From: Candidatus Hydrogenedentota bacterium
GTDB taxonomy: Bacteria; Hydrogenedentota; Hydrogenedentia; Hydrogenedentales; SLHB01
NCBI GenBank assembly: GCA_963745075.1
Contig: CAVUWV010000021.1
Coordinates: forward strand, 64,001-128,000
Length of the DNA: 64,000 bases
Direction: 5' to 3'
This document shows, piece by piece, positions 49,286-60,200 of the stretch. The stretch's first letter is position 1, and each line of letters starts with the position of its first letter. The translations under genes and the position numbers were made by a program. The notes under the pieces are model-generated. The model was not told where the DNA came from. It worked only from the letters and a program-made list of their open reading frames with translations, and did no database searches.

Positions 49286-50521
49286 TTACGATGCGCTCTT
49301 CGATTGTTCCACGAGTTCGGCGACCTTCGCTTCGTCCACTTCGATCCCGAGGCCCGGCCCCTTGGGAATTCGAACCTTGCCGCCCTTCGGTACAAACGGT
49401 TCCGTGATGACGCTCGTGCCGAGGAACTGGGGGCCGTTCAGCGCCGCAGGGAATTTCAGCCCGAACGCGCCGTACAGAATCAGCGACGCTGCCAGCGAGA
49501 CATCCGGATCCGTCAAGCCGCTGCCGAGGAACATGAGTCCCGCGTCTTCCATAATTTCGACCTGTTGCACCGCGGACACCAGCCCGCCGCAACGCGCCGG
49601 TTTCATGGCCACGCCGTCGCAGCATCCCAGCTTCATGAATTCGAGGAGGTCCGACGGCGACACGACGCCTTCGTCCATAATAATCGGGAGCGCGCCCTGG
49701 CGTTTCAATTCCTGGTACCCGGTCAATTGATTTGCCTTGAGTGGTTCCTCGAAGACTTCCATACCGGCATCCGCCAGCTTCGGCGCAACGTCCATCGCGG
49801 TCGTGAGATCGTAGCCGCCGTTGGCATCTCCCCACAAGAATCCATCCGGGACAAGCCGCTTCACGATCTTGCACATCTCGATGTCAAACTCGGGATGCGG
49901 GGCCACTTTGACGTTGAAATTCTCGAAACCTTCTTCGCGTCCTTTCGCGATCAGCGGTTCCAGGTCATCTAGCGTCTTCGGGTTTAACGTCCAACTCAAG
50001 ACGAGTTCGTCGGGCAGCGAACGCCCCCACAGTTCCGCCAGATTGCGGCCCGTAATCTTGCCGATGAGATCGTGCAAGGCGATGTCGAGACCTGCCTTCG
50101 TAATCGGAGAACCGGTCGAAAAGGAGTTGGCGATCTCTTTGTTCATCGCGTCGTGAATGCCCTTCAAATCGAAGGGGTTCATGCCGGTCACGATGGGGAT
50201 CAGATAATGCTCGAGCGTGCTGACGGCGCCTTCCAGGGTTTCGTAGCTCCAACGCGGCACGGGAACGCTTTCGCCCCATCCGACCGTGCCGTCGTCCGCG
50301 GTGACTTTGATCAACACCGAGGCCCGCCCGCTGCCGGAAGTCGGTCCCTCGAAGAACTTGAAGCGCATCACCGTAGGATAGCGGACCGGAAAGATCTCGA
50401 TGCGATCGATGGTCACCGGTTTGACCGCTTCCGCTTCGCTCAATCGATCCAACGCCATCATCGCGGCGACTCCCATGGTTCCCTGCAAGAATTCGCGGCG
50501 GGTAAACCCGTTCATTCGCAC
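49286..50521 (-). CDS. Tat-exported enolase-superfamily enzyme (MLE/dipeptide epimerase subgroup)
   Basis: FTRREFL, GWGE, DIALHDL, DANGG, EEP, MDE, AMKP, GPGLGIEVD. Confidence 0.88.
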   Translation of the reverse strand: MRMNGFTRREFLQGTMGVAAMMALDRLSEAEAVKPVTIDRIEIFPVRYPTVMRFKFFEGPTSGSGRASVLIKVTADDGTVGWGESVPVPRWSYETLEGAVSTLEHYLIPIVTGMNPFDLKGIHDAMNKEIANSFSTGSPITKAGLDIALHDLIGKITGRNLAELWGRSLPDELVLSWTLNPKTLDDLEPLIAKGREEGFENFNVKVAPHPEFDIEMCKIVKRLVPDGFLWGDANGGYDLTTAMDVAPKLADAGMEVFEEPLKANQLTGYQELKRQGALPIIMDEGVVSPSDLLEFMKLGCCDGVAMKPARCGGLVSAVQQVEIMEDAGLMFLGSGLTDPDVSLAASLILYGAFGLKFPAALNGPQFLGTSVITEPFVPKGGKVRIPKGPGLGIEVDEAKVAELVEQSKSAS

Positions 50522-50615
50522 GTCTCCCCTTCGTTGCCTCCGATTCCGCGCCGGCTACCTTCGGTAGCATCTAAGTATACGCGCTGAATGTGTGGTTTCA
50601 ACTCCAGCCGACGGA

Positions 50616-52388
50616 TCACTCGCGGTCCTTGACCAGTGTTTCGAGAATCGTTTGTTCCCGGATCAGCAATTGCCGGCCGGCCGCGCGGACGCTCAACGCA
50701 TACAGCAGCACCGTGCATCCGATCAGTAGCGCTGCCGTCAGCAGCCCCGCGGCGGTGCCGGCCCATCGGGGAAGTTCGTCCACCGACAAGCGCAGCGCAA
50801 GGGATACGCCGGCGGGAAGCAGCGCAAGCAATGCGGACACGAACCCCAGGGGAAAGATCGCCAGCACGGCCAGCGTGCGCACCCATCCCCCGCTCTGCAA
50901 GGCCTGTCTCCCCTGATACCGGATTCGATACGGTGCATACACGGAAATGAAATTACCCACGATACAGAACAATGCATAGACCAACAAGACGTGGAGGATC
51001 GATTGCACGAAGCTCAAGGCAGTATACGACATGAGCAGTGCGCAGAGCACGAGAAAGATAGCGGCGATACCGCCGGTAATCGGTAACAACGCCAGGTTCT
51101 TTGCGAAGAGGTATTTCGCGCGGTTGGTGGGAAGCAGCACCAAGGTCCGGAACCCTTCGGCGTCGATTCCGAACACGTTGAAGATGAAGTGCCCCATGGT
51201 CAACACCGGCCAAATCGCCACGCCGATCGGCGCCAGCGTCCGCATGAAAGCGCCATGCGCGACTCCCGAACCGATCTGGCGGAAATACAACAGCATGATC
51301 GCGCCGACCACCACCGGAAACACAAGCTGCATGCGAATCTGCGGATGGCGCAGGTATCCCAGAAACGCGGCGATGGTAAAGGCGGAGGTCTCCGGGTCCA
51401 GAAGGGGAATCTTCCGGGTGACCAGCGCGGCCCGTCCATGTTTGCAGGCTCGCGACCCCGGTCGCGCGACGCGGCGCTTTCTCCCGCGCCCCTTCCCGGT
51501 GTAGTGAAGTAAGGTGGATCGATATCCCAGGCCGAGGCCGCTCAGACCTAAGCCCGTCAGACCCAGAAACGCAAACGCCGGCACGGCGACGCGACCGTCA
51601 ATAAGCGTGGACATGCCCACCGGAAACCACCCGATCGGGATGACTGAGTTCGCGGCGAGCACGGTCTCGGTCAGCATCTCCGACGTAAATGCGGAATTGC
51701 GCCCCGGCCGCGCCTGCGACCCCGCGTGGTCCTTCGCCCAGGACAGAATCGTGAAGTTCATCAGGGCCGGCAGTTGTCCAATGAGGGCAAAACCCATCGT
51801 GATCAAGACGAGAAGCGTCCGGCGGCGGCGCTTATTTTCCATGAGGTACACCAAAATGCCGCGCACGTAGTAGGTCCACCCCGCGAGCGTAAAGTAAAAC
51901 GCCACGCCCAATGGGAACGTCAATACCATCACCGGGCCGTACGCGATGGTCAAGCCCAACGTGAACCCCACCAAAGGCAGCATGAAGAAGATCGTCCCCG
52001 GCGAGATCAGAGAAACGGCGAAGTTCAAGAGAAAAACGAGTCGAAGCGGAACGGGCAGAAAGAGCATCTTGCGAAAGTCGATCACTTCGGACCGCTGCAA
52101 CTCGGCTACCAATCCCGTTGTCCATACAAACAGGAACACGACGACCAATACGTCGCACACCCAAAGCACGAGTTCCGATGACGAAACCGCTCCGTGCGTG
52201 CTCGTAACGATGGCGGGGAAATAGATGCCGAGCACGAGAAGCCCCAGCGCGAAACCGATGGCGGTTCCTACGAACAGAATCGAATACAGCACGGCCAGGA
52301 TGAACGACCAGCGCTGCCCCCGCATCCACGAATTCCGCAGAAGCGTGTATCTCAAAATGACGAGCGCCCGGATTTGCGTCCCGATCAC
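50616..52388 (-). CDS. ABC exporter membrane subunit
   Basis: Many TM helices, LFLPVP, NVFGIDAEG..LLP; GTGA overlap with the ATPase gene. Confidence 0.8.
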   Translation of the reverse strand: MIGTQIRALVILRYTLLRNSWMRGQRWSFILAVLYSILFVGTAIGFALGLLVLGIYFPAIVTSTHGAVSSSELVLWVCDVLVVVFLFVWTTGLVAELQRSEVIDFRKMLFLPVPLRLVFLLNFAVSLISPGTIFFMLPLVGFTLGLTIAYGPVMVLTFPLGVAFYFTLAGWTYYVRGILVYLMENKRRRRTLLVLITMGFALIGQLPALMNFTILSWAKDHAGSQARPGRNSAFTSEMLTETVLAANSVIPIGWFPVGMSTLIDGRVAVPAFAFLGLTGLGLSGLGLGYRSTLLHYTGKGRGRKRRVARPGSRACKHGRAALVTRKIPLLDPETSAFTIAAFLGYLRHPQIRMQLVFPVVVGAIMLLYFRQIGSGVAHGAFMRTLAPIGVAIWPVLTMGHFIFNVFGIDAEGFRTLVLLPTNRAKYLFAKNLALLPITGGIAAIFLVLCALLMSYTALSFVQSILHVLLVYALFCIVGNFISVYAPYRIRYQGRQALQSGGWVRTLAVLAIFPLGFVSALLALLPAGVSLALRLSVDELPRWAGTAAGLLTAALLIGCTVLLYALSVRAAGRQLLIREQTILETLVKDRE

Positions 52389-53146
52389 GGCGCGCTTCCC
52401 AGCCAGGACAAGGCCGAGTCTCCCCGCCCGGCGTCGCCCACAACGTCGATAAACGCGCGTTCGAGCGACCCGTGCAGCGACAACTCGGCTTTGGAGGCCT
52501 GTGTCACCAGCAGGCCGTTGTTAATGATTCCGACGTGGGTGCACAATCGTTCGACAATCTCGAGGATATGGGACGTAATGAAGATCGTCGACCCCCGTTC
52601 GACGAATCGCTCCAGGACCGTCCGCAGCGTCCGCGACGCAATGGGATCGATTCCCTCAAAGGGCTCGTCGAGAAAGAGCAGCTCGGGATCGTGAATCAAC
52701 GCGGCGGCGAGGGACAGTTTTTTCTTCATGCCGTGCGAGAATTCGAGTGTCAACGCCTTCTCGTTTTCGGTGAGGTTCATGAGCGTCATCAGTTCGTCGC
52801 ACCGCTCGTCCAGCACGTGGGCGGATAGCCCGTGCATCCTCCCGATAAACGTCAGATACTCGCGGGCGGTCAAATTCTCGAAGAGGCACAAATCTTCGGG
52901 TACCACGCCGATGCGGCGCTTGACCCTAAGCGGATCGCGCATCAGGTCCAGCCCCAACACGCCGATATCTCCCGACGTCGGCGCCATGAGCCCGGTGAGC
53001 ATCTTGATCGTCGTGGACTTGCCGGCGCCGTTCGGCCCGAGAAAGCCGTAGAGGCTTCCGCCCGGTACCTGGAGATCGATCCCGTTCACCGCAGTCTGGC
53101 TGCCGAAAATCTTGGTAAGTTTCGTGGTCTGAATCGCGTAATCCAT
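52385..53146 (-). CDS. ABC transporter ATP-binding protein
   Basis: GPNGAGKST, FSHGMKKK, LFLDEP, TSH. Confidence 0.95.
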   Translation of the reverse strand: MDYAIQTTKLTKIFGSQTAVNGIDLQVPGGSLYGFLGPNGAGKSTTIKMLTGLMAPTSGDIGVLGLDLMRDPLRVKRRIGVVPEDLCLFENLTAREYLTFIGRMHGLSAHVLDERCDELMTLMNLTENEKALTLEFSHGMKKKLSLAAALIHDPELLFLDEPFEGIDPIASRTLRTVLERFVERGSTIFITSHILEIVERLCTHVGIINNGLLVTQASKAELSLHGSLERAFIDVVGDAGRGDSALSWLGSAP

Positions 53147-53458
53147 ACGTGCTCCCTGGACCCCACACTATACCCTACCCGGCACTCGCCGCGAATAGCC
53201 CGTGTTGCGGCCTATCCACCTTGCCGGAACCAAGTTCGAATGACTGAAACGAAGGAAATCTAAGATGGACGGACGGGAGAATCCCACGGATGACGGGTGG
53301 CCGAACGATTCAACTGAGAGATTCACTGTCAACGGACCAGACACTCCCGAGCGCGAGTCCGGATGAGCGCATGGAAAAGATCCTCCGGTCCCCCGGCTAT
53401 CTCCACTGAGCAAGAGACGAGCGCTACCGACCGCCGAATTCCTCTGCCGGATCTTCTC

Positions 53459-53488
53459 TTGACTAAATTCAACCTTTCTTGGTACACT
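53459..53488 (+). promoter_or_regulatory. Promoter of the 6S RNA
   Basis: TTGACT-N18-TACACT with TG extension. Confidence 0.65.
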
Positions 53489-53506
53489 TCGACTTGGAAC
53501 TTGCTT

Positions 53507-53687
53507 TTCCCTGCTGTGTTCGAGAAGGGCGGAGAAACTTTGTACCTTAGTCTTTTGAACCGGGAGCCCAACATTCGTCGTAGCTAACGACAAGCCATCG
53601 TAGAGTGGAAGCCGGTCGGCTATCGTGAGGGCACCCCCTTAGTGGGTAGGTTCAAAAGTTTCCCACCCAACGGCAATGTGCGGGGAA
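53507..53687 (+). ncRNA. ssrS: 6S RNA
   Basis: About 181-nt rod: TTCCCTGC pairs with GCGGGGAA and CTTTTGAACC with GGTTCAAAAG; conserved-looking CCCTGCTGTGTTC, GGGAGC, GGCACCC, AACGGC; own promoter and terminator. Confidence 0.8.
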
Positions 53688-53694
53688 TTTTTTC

Positions 53695-53731
53695 TGAGCG
53701 GGACACTGAAATGGTCCCGCTCATCTTATTT
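53695..53731 (+). terminator. Intrinsic terminator after the 6S RNA
   Basis: TGAGCGGGAC-N9-GTCCCGCTCA followed by TCTTATTT. Confidence 0.7.
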
Positions 53732-53968
53732 GGGCGAAACAAAACAGTTGACAAATTTATAGAATAATGAAACAATTAGAGACAGACGGATCTACGGGGT
53801 ATTCGGAGCCGTCAATTAAATAATCTCGCTTTAGTGGGGCCGTGGAACGGAGGGGTCAGTTGACCAATTGTCTATCGTTGACCACAAAGTATTGCAAAAT
53901 GGAACGATACGACACAAAACCGGGGTGTTTAGCATCCATGACATACATAATCGGCCACGGGTTAAGTA

Positions 53969-53997
53969 TTGACAGATACTCATATTTTTGCTACCAT
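53969..53997 (+). promoter_or_regulatory. Sigma70 promoter of pilMNOPQ
   Basis: TTGACA-N17-TACCAT with TG extension. Confidence 0.6.
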
Positions 53998-54107
53998 CGT
54001 TTTGAGTGGCAGAGTACGGATGCAGGCGTCATGGCCATACATGCCTATGGGGTTGGTACGGCTAAGTCGTTTGCTCGCTTGGCCAGAAACGTCCCTGCGG
54101 ACGGGGA

Positions 54108-55355
54108 GTGTACCTAGCCTTGCTATTCTCGAAACCCACGAAAGCCGTCGGTCTTGACATCGGTTCCCACTCGATCAAGGCGGTTCAGATGTCCCGGCAC
54201 GGGGGCAGGCTCCGAGTCGACAATGTGGGCTTTGCATACGTCGACCGGTCCCAATTCAACATGGACCCCGTCATCGCCCAGGCAAGTGCCCTGCGCGAGG
54301 CGGTCCGCACCTTGTCCCTGTCGGGAGCGTATGTTGTCGGAGCGCTTCCCGGACAGACGGTGGTAATCCGGTACCCGCGTCTTCCCGAGATGGACGATGC
54401 CAAGTTGGCGGACTCCATCGAACGCGAGGCGGGCCAGAACATTCCCTACGAACGGTCGGAAGTGTTCCTGGACTGGACGCCGCTGGACCGCGTGACCGAA
54501 GGTTCCAAGACGATGCTCAAGGTGCTGTTGGTAGCAGCGCGGTATGAGGTGGTCGAAACGCGCGTTCAGATTGCCCACGAGGCGGAAATCAACTACGCCG
54601 CGCTGGGGGTGGATTCGCTGGCACTGGCGGACGCCGCCGAAGGGTGCGATTTCCTCCGGGTGGGAGAAACGGTGGCCTTGGTCAATATCGGGCAAACCAC
54701 CACAAGCATACACTTTGTGAAAGACGGTATCTCAAACTTCATCCGTGATGTAAGTTGGGGCTCGCGCGAACTGATTCAATCCATCGCCAAAGCGCGGCGC
54801 GTGGAAATCTCGGATGCGGAAAAACTGTTGGTGTCCTCGGCGGAAGAAGAGCCCGCCGCCTTGGCGCCCCCGCCGCTTCCCGAAGATGACGAGGAGATTC
54901 CCGAGTCTCCCCCGCCGGTCGAGTCCCAATTAGGGGGGCTGGATGAAATGGGAGGCAGTCTCCTCGACCCACTCGAGGAGGAGTTGGGCGGCCTGGACGT
55001 GTCGGCTCCCACCCCGGCAACGCCGGCCCCAGCCGTTGAAGACAAAGATGTCGGCGAGATTCTCGCAACGCCGCTCGCGCGACTGGTCAGTGAGATTCGC
55101 CGTTCCTTCGATTATTACGAACAACAACTCTACGAGCACCCGGTGGACCGGCTGATCGTGAGCGGCGGCGTAGCCCATTTGCCGTTGCTGCGGGAAACGG
55201 TGGCCGATGAACTTGGCGTCGCCGTGGAACTGGCCGATCCGACCCGCAGCGCGCTGGTCCTGGGACCGGAGCACAACGTGGGCCGGATGTTGGAACAGCC
55301 CGCGCAGTTTATGGTGGCCGTGGGACTGGCCGCGAGGGGGATGGCTGACCTATGA
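54108..55355 (+). CDS. pilM: Type IV pilus assembly protein PilM
   Basis: VGLDIGSHSIK, VLLVAAR, LVNIG, EIRRSFDYY, VSGG, VAVGLAARG. Confidence 0.93.
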   Translation: MYLALLFSKPTKAVGLDIGSHSIKAVQMSRHGGRLRVDNVGFAYVDRSQFNMDPVIAQASALREAVRTLSLSGAYVVGALPGQTVVIRYPRLPEMDDAKLADSIEREAGQNIPYERSEVFLDWTPLDRVTEGSKTMLKVLLVAARYEVVETRVQIAHEAEINYAALGVDSLALADAAEGCDFLRVGETVALVNIGQTTTSIHFVKDGISNFIRDVSWGSRELIQSIAKARRVEISDAEKLLVSSAEEEPAALAPPPLPEDDEEIPESPPPVESQLGGLDEMGGSLLDPLEEELGGLDVSAPTPATPAPAVEDKDVGEILATPLARLVSEIRRSFDYYEQQLYEHPVDRLIVSGGVAHLPLLRETVADELGVAVELADPTRSALVLGPEHNVGRMLEQPAQFMVAVGLAARGMADL

Positions 55356-56029
55356 TTCGGATAAACCTGCTTCCCCATCATCTACGACCGATCAAGCGAA
55401 CCCCGCTCCCCTATATCGCGTGCGCGGCGTTGTTCGTGATTCTGCTCCTGGGGATGTTCAGCAGTTACGTCACGACCCAAGCGCAGGTCATGGCCGAGTC
55501 CAAGCATCTCAACCAGTTGCAGACCGACTTACAGAATCTTCAGCACATCGTGGACGAGTCCAACCAGTTGGAAGCGCTGAAACTCCAGTTGGCCGACAAG
55601 ATCAAGACCATCGATGAAATCGTGAAAGACCGGATCATCTGGTCGCGGCAGTTGTGGTTGTTGTCCAAATTGACACCGCCCAACTTCTGGTACAGCGAAA
55701 TACTGGTCACGACAAAGTCGTATCCCATGCAAGAACCCGTATTGGACCCCCAAACCAAGAAACCCAAAATCAATCCCAATACGAACCGCATCGAAATGAA
55801 GACCGTTCAGGTCAGCCGTCCGATCCTGCGGTTGTCGGGCTACGTCATCGACTCGCCGGACGGCAATCAGGATGTAAGTCCTTTGACGGACGCGCTGACC
55901 GAGGACGAGGAGTTTTCCAGCCTGTTCCAGTTGGAACAACCGTCGTTCTCTTCGGATGAATTCGAGGGATTCCCGGTGAAACGGTTTACGTTGGAGTTTC
56001 TCATCACGGCGGGAGGGGCCCGAGAATGA
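55352..56029 (+). CDS. pilN: PilN
   Basis: MIRINLLP motif, TM helix, coiled coil. Confidence 0.9.
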   Translation: MIRINLLPHHLRPIKRTPLPYIACAALFVILLLGMFSSYVTTQAQVMAESKHLNQLQTDLQNLQHIVDESNQLEALKLQLADKIKTIDEIVKDRIIWSRQLWLLSKLTPPNFWYSEILVTTKSYPMQEPVLDPQTKKPKINPNTNRIEMKTVQVSRPILRLSGYVIDSPDGNQDVSPLTDALTEDEEFSSLFQLEQPSFSSDEFEGFPVKRFTLEFLITAGGARE

Positions 56030-56633
56030 TCGAAATCCTGAAAGGCACGGTCACTCCGAAGGACTGGGCGGCGGTCGGTGTGATGGTGGGCATTATGGTG
56101 GCGCTCGTCGCGATCTACGTGTTGTTCGTGCACAAGCATCAGACCGAAGCCCTGGCGCGCGTAGAAGCCCAAACACAGGCCATTCAATCCGATCTCGCCG
56201 AGGCGCGGGATCGGAAAAAGGGATTGGCGAACTTCGCGAAGAGACACGGAAGATTCAGCAATTGGTGTCGGATTTCAACAAGCGGCTTCCGACCCAGCGC
56301 GAAATCCCCGACTTGGTGCGCCAGTTCGAGTCCATGGCCAACGACGTGGGGCTCTCCCATTCGCTGAAACCGGAAGCGCCCCAGCGTGACGAGACCAAGG
56401 AAACCATCCCCTACAGTGTCGACACGTTCGGGAATTTTCACCAGACCGCGAGTTTCATCAATCGCCTTGAGCGATTTGAACGCTATCTGAAAATCAGCGA
56501 CCTCAAGATCGAAGAAGAGGACGCCGGCGTGTCCAAAGCCAGCTTCACGCTCAGTACGTTTCGATTCCTGGGTGAGAATCCGCAAGAAGGACTGCAAAAC
56601 ATGGCGGCTGCGAACACGGGGGGTGCGCCGTGA
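56026..56633 (+). CDS. pilO: PilO; frameshift near 56215-56222
   Basis: TM helix and coiled coil | RLPTQREIPDLV, GNFHQTASFINRLE. Confidence 0.85.
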
Positions 56634-57274
56634 ACCCGAAGCAACGTAGGAACGTAATCATCCTTATCGTGCTAGGCGTTGCCACGCTGGGAGTATTGTA
56701 CTGGCAATTCTTCACGGAGTCGGATTTCGACCGCCAGTACCGGGAGAATCTGGCCAAGACCTCGGTGCCCGGTGCTGACGCGACCCCAGCCGCAAGCACG
56801 CCGAGCCCCGCCGCTACTGCGGCGGCCCCGGCAACCGGCGCGGCCCCGGCCGCCCAGGCAAGCGCGTTTCAGAAGGCCGACGTCAATATTGACGAATTGA
56901 TCGCAGGGATTAAGGAAGTCGACTTCGACTACGATCAAGTCGCCATGGACGTAAACCCGATGACGCCGCTGGTTGGCCCCTTTGCCCCGCAGCGGATCGC
57001 CGCCACGGGAGAGGAAGGCGGCAGCGAGGCCACGCCCATGCGGCACGACATTCAGGCCCTGGTCCGCACCCTCAAAGTGACCGGGATCATGTGGGACAAG
57101 TACGATCCTATGGCGGTCGTTAGTTTCCCCGTGCAAGGCGAGACGATCAGCGAAGTTGTGACGCGCGGATTCGAATTCCCGGATATGGGAGTTACGGTTC
57201 ACGATATCGAAAAGGATCGGGTCATTCTGAACATTAACGGTGTTGAGGTCCCCATCGAGCTAGAGGAGCGGTAG
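56630..57274 (+). CDS. PilP-like protein
   Basis: Position between pilO and pilQ; TM anchor, NPMTP, LKVTGIMW..AVV, VHDIEKDRVIL. Confidence 0.7.
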   Translation: MNPKQRRNVIILIVLGVATLGVLYWQFFTESDFDRQYRENLAKTSVPGADATPAASTPSPAATAAAPATGAAPAAQASAFQKADVNIDELIAGIKEVDFDYDQVAMDVNPMTPLVGPFAPQRIAATGEEGGSEATPMRHDIQALVRTLKVTGIMWDKYDPMAVVSFPVQGETISEVVTRGFEFPDMGVTVHDIEKDRVILNINGVEVPIELEER

Positions 57275-57277
57275 GCG

Positions 57278-60200
57278 ATGTTACCACGGAATAGAACGTG
57301 CACTGTGGCCGTACTGGCCGCGCTACTCGCCGTAGCGGCATTTGCCGCGACGGATGCCATCGAGGAGCGTAAGGAGAGCATAGTTCGTGTCGCCCTGGAG
57401 AAACAGGGACGCGAGGCGGACACCGCTCTACTCGAATCGGCGCGCAACGCCGCGGCGATTGTGAGCCTGAAGTTGAGCGGCACGCCCGGAGGCTCGATGC
57501 TCCAGATCCATACCAATGGGCGCCCGGAATACGACTGGTTTTTCCTGGATGGCGAGGCAAAACTGGTGGTCGATTTCAAGAACACCATCAACTTCGAATC
57601 GGGCAACGTGCTGAAAGCGGAAAACGACCCATTGATCGAACGGGTGCGAACCAGCTTGTTTGCGCTGGAGCCTCAGTTTGTATCGCGTGTGGTCATCGAT
57701 ATGAAACGCGAAGCAAAACCGCTCTTCCGAGAAGTGGAAAAAGGACTCGAACTGCAATTCGCGTCCGCGGGCGCGCCCATCCAAGAATCCGCGCCTGCCC
57801 CCATTGGCAAAGCGATCGAAGACGTTACGCCAACTTCTCCCTCGGGCGCGGATGGTGAAAAGCCCGCACCGTTGCCGGAGGGCGCCAAACAGATTCTGGC
57901 GGACTTGAACCAACAGGAGCAGGCCATTCGCGACACCCGCGCGAAACTCGAAGAGGCCGCCCTTCGCGATCGCGCGGACCGTCCCGCGGTGAGCCTTGGC
58001 GAGACGCCGGACGCGGACTCGCCGGCCCAGCGTGCGTTGCGCACATTTATCGCGCAAGACGAAGCGACCAGCGCGGAATTCTGGCAGCGGGTCGACGACC
58101 TTACCGCTGCCGCAAACGACCGGATCGCCAAGTTGCGGGCTCGCGTCCGGGAACTTCAGGCATCCATCGAAAACGGCAACGTCGCTGAAAAGGCCGGCAA
58201 GTCGGCCATGCAGGGCCTCGCCAAAGAAGCCCGTGCCGGGATCGATACGGATCGGGCCGCGTTCGCCGATCGTTTCGCTGAACTGAATTCGCAGCAGGCA
58301 CAGTCGCAGGAAGCGTTCGTGCGACTGGCCAACGCCGCCGAACGGTCCCCCTCCCCCACTCCCGATACGGCCCCGGGTGTTTCCGCGAAAACCGTTACCG
58401 AAGCCTTGGAGGGGCTGAGCAAACAGTTGGCGAAAATGCCCGAACTGACCGATGCGAAGCGTGAGGCGGGTTCGGAAAAACAAACCGATGTCGCGGACGT
58501 GGCAGACGCCCCGGAATCGCCCGAAGCGGATGCGATGCTGGACAATACGCTGGCCTCGCTTCAGGAACCCGTCGCCCCGGTGATCGAAGACACCGTCCTG
58601 ACGACACCGGCGTCGGAAATGCAACTGGTAACTTCGGTGCCGTTGGATCTCGCTGCCGCGCAACTCCAGCACGGCGCAGACGCGGCCGCCACCGACCCGC
58701 CTGCGAAGCCGAAGCCGGAATCAACACCGAAGCCAGAATCTACACCGGAACCGGCGCCCGCGCCGGAGACAGAAAACAAAGCAATGCCGACGCCAGCCAA
58801 GGAAGCGGCGCCCGCAAAGGAAAAGGCGCCGGTGCAGGAGAAGCAGGCCGAACCGGTCGAGGCCAAACCAGCCAAAGAAGAGCCCAAACCGGCCGCCGCC
58901 GAGATGAAGCCGGAAGCGAAACCCGCTATGGAGAAGCCCGTCGAGAAACCGGTCGAGCAACCGGCGGCTGCCACGCCGGCAATTGAAACCGTGGAACAGG
59001 AACCCCTCGGCGAAGTCGAACGCCAGCAGCTCCCTCCGGGAATGGACCCCTTGGACCAGCCCGTCAACATCGACTTCCGGGAGATGGATCTGAGCGCAGT
59101 CGTCTCGCTGCTCGCGAAAAAAGCCCAGGTCAACGTGATCGCCGGTACGGACATCATCGGCACCGTAACCGCGGATATCCGCAATGTACCCCTGCGTCAG
59201 GCGATGGACATGGTCCTGCGCATGAACGGCTTGGGGATCGTTGAGGAAGAGGGCGTCTTTCGAATCGTTCCCTATGACGAAGCAGTCGCGGCGCGGCGCA
59301 TGACGCGCATGGTCGTGCTGAAGAACGCGCAAGCGAATGATGTAAAACTAACGTTGGACGGTATCCTCGTCGGTGCGCAGGACGCGCAGCTCGTTACGCT
59401 GTCCGCCAACGACGCCACAAACGTATTGATCGTTTCGGGCCCGGAAAAGCGCGTCGACGAATTTGAAGACCTGGCCCATCAGCTCGATGTATCGGAGCCG
59501 GCATTGCCGACGGTCACCGAGGCGATCAAGTTGAACTACCTCGAACCGGCCGATGCCAAGCCGATCGCCGAGTCGCTCATCACCGAAGATATCGGTAAGG
59601 TCGAGGCGGACGCACAAGGCCGCCACTTGATTGTGACGGATATGCCGGTGGTCGTCGAACAGATCCGCCGCGTCCTGAGCGACGTGGACAAGCCCGTGAA
59701 ACAGGTCGCCATCGAGGCGATGATCGTGGATGCCGTCATGCGCGATGCGTCGCAGACCGGCGTTTCGTGGATGCTGGACGCCATCCGGAAATACAGTACC
59801 AACGGCGACTTGATCAGCGATGTATCGCAGGCGGGTTTCCGAAGCAACCTCGGCGTGCCCTTCGACATAACGGGCAATCCCAGCGCGGCCGGCCTTCCAC
59901 AGGCCCTCGATGCGGGTGCCATCACGTTGGGAATCCTGACCAACGACATCCGGCTCAACAGCGTGATCGCCGCCGAAGCCCAGAGCCGGAACGCGGAAAT
60001 CCTGGCCAATCCAAGCGTGGTCACGGTGGAGAACCAGCCCGCCACGATCTCCATCGTGCAGGAATTCCCCTATCAGGAAATCACCCAGGGGCTGACGGGA
60101 CCGCCCGTCGCGACCACCGAGTTCAAAGACATCGGTGTGACCCTCGAAGTGACTCCCCGGGTCACGCATGAGAACGACACGATTATCGCCATCAAGGCGA

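Noticed and set aside
53780..53960. c-di-GMP riboswitch upstream of pilM
   Set aside because: Only weak hairpins; GEMM consensus elements not found
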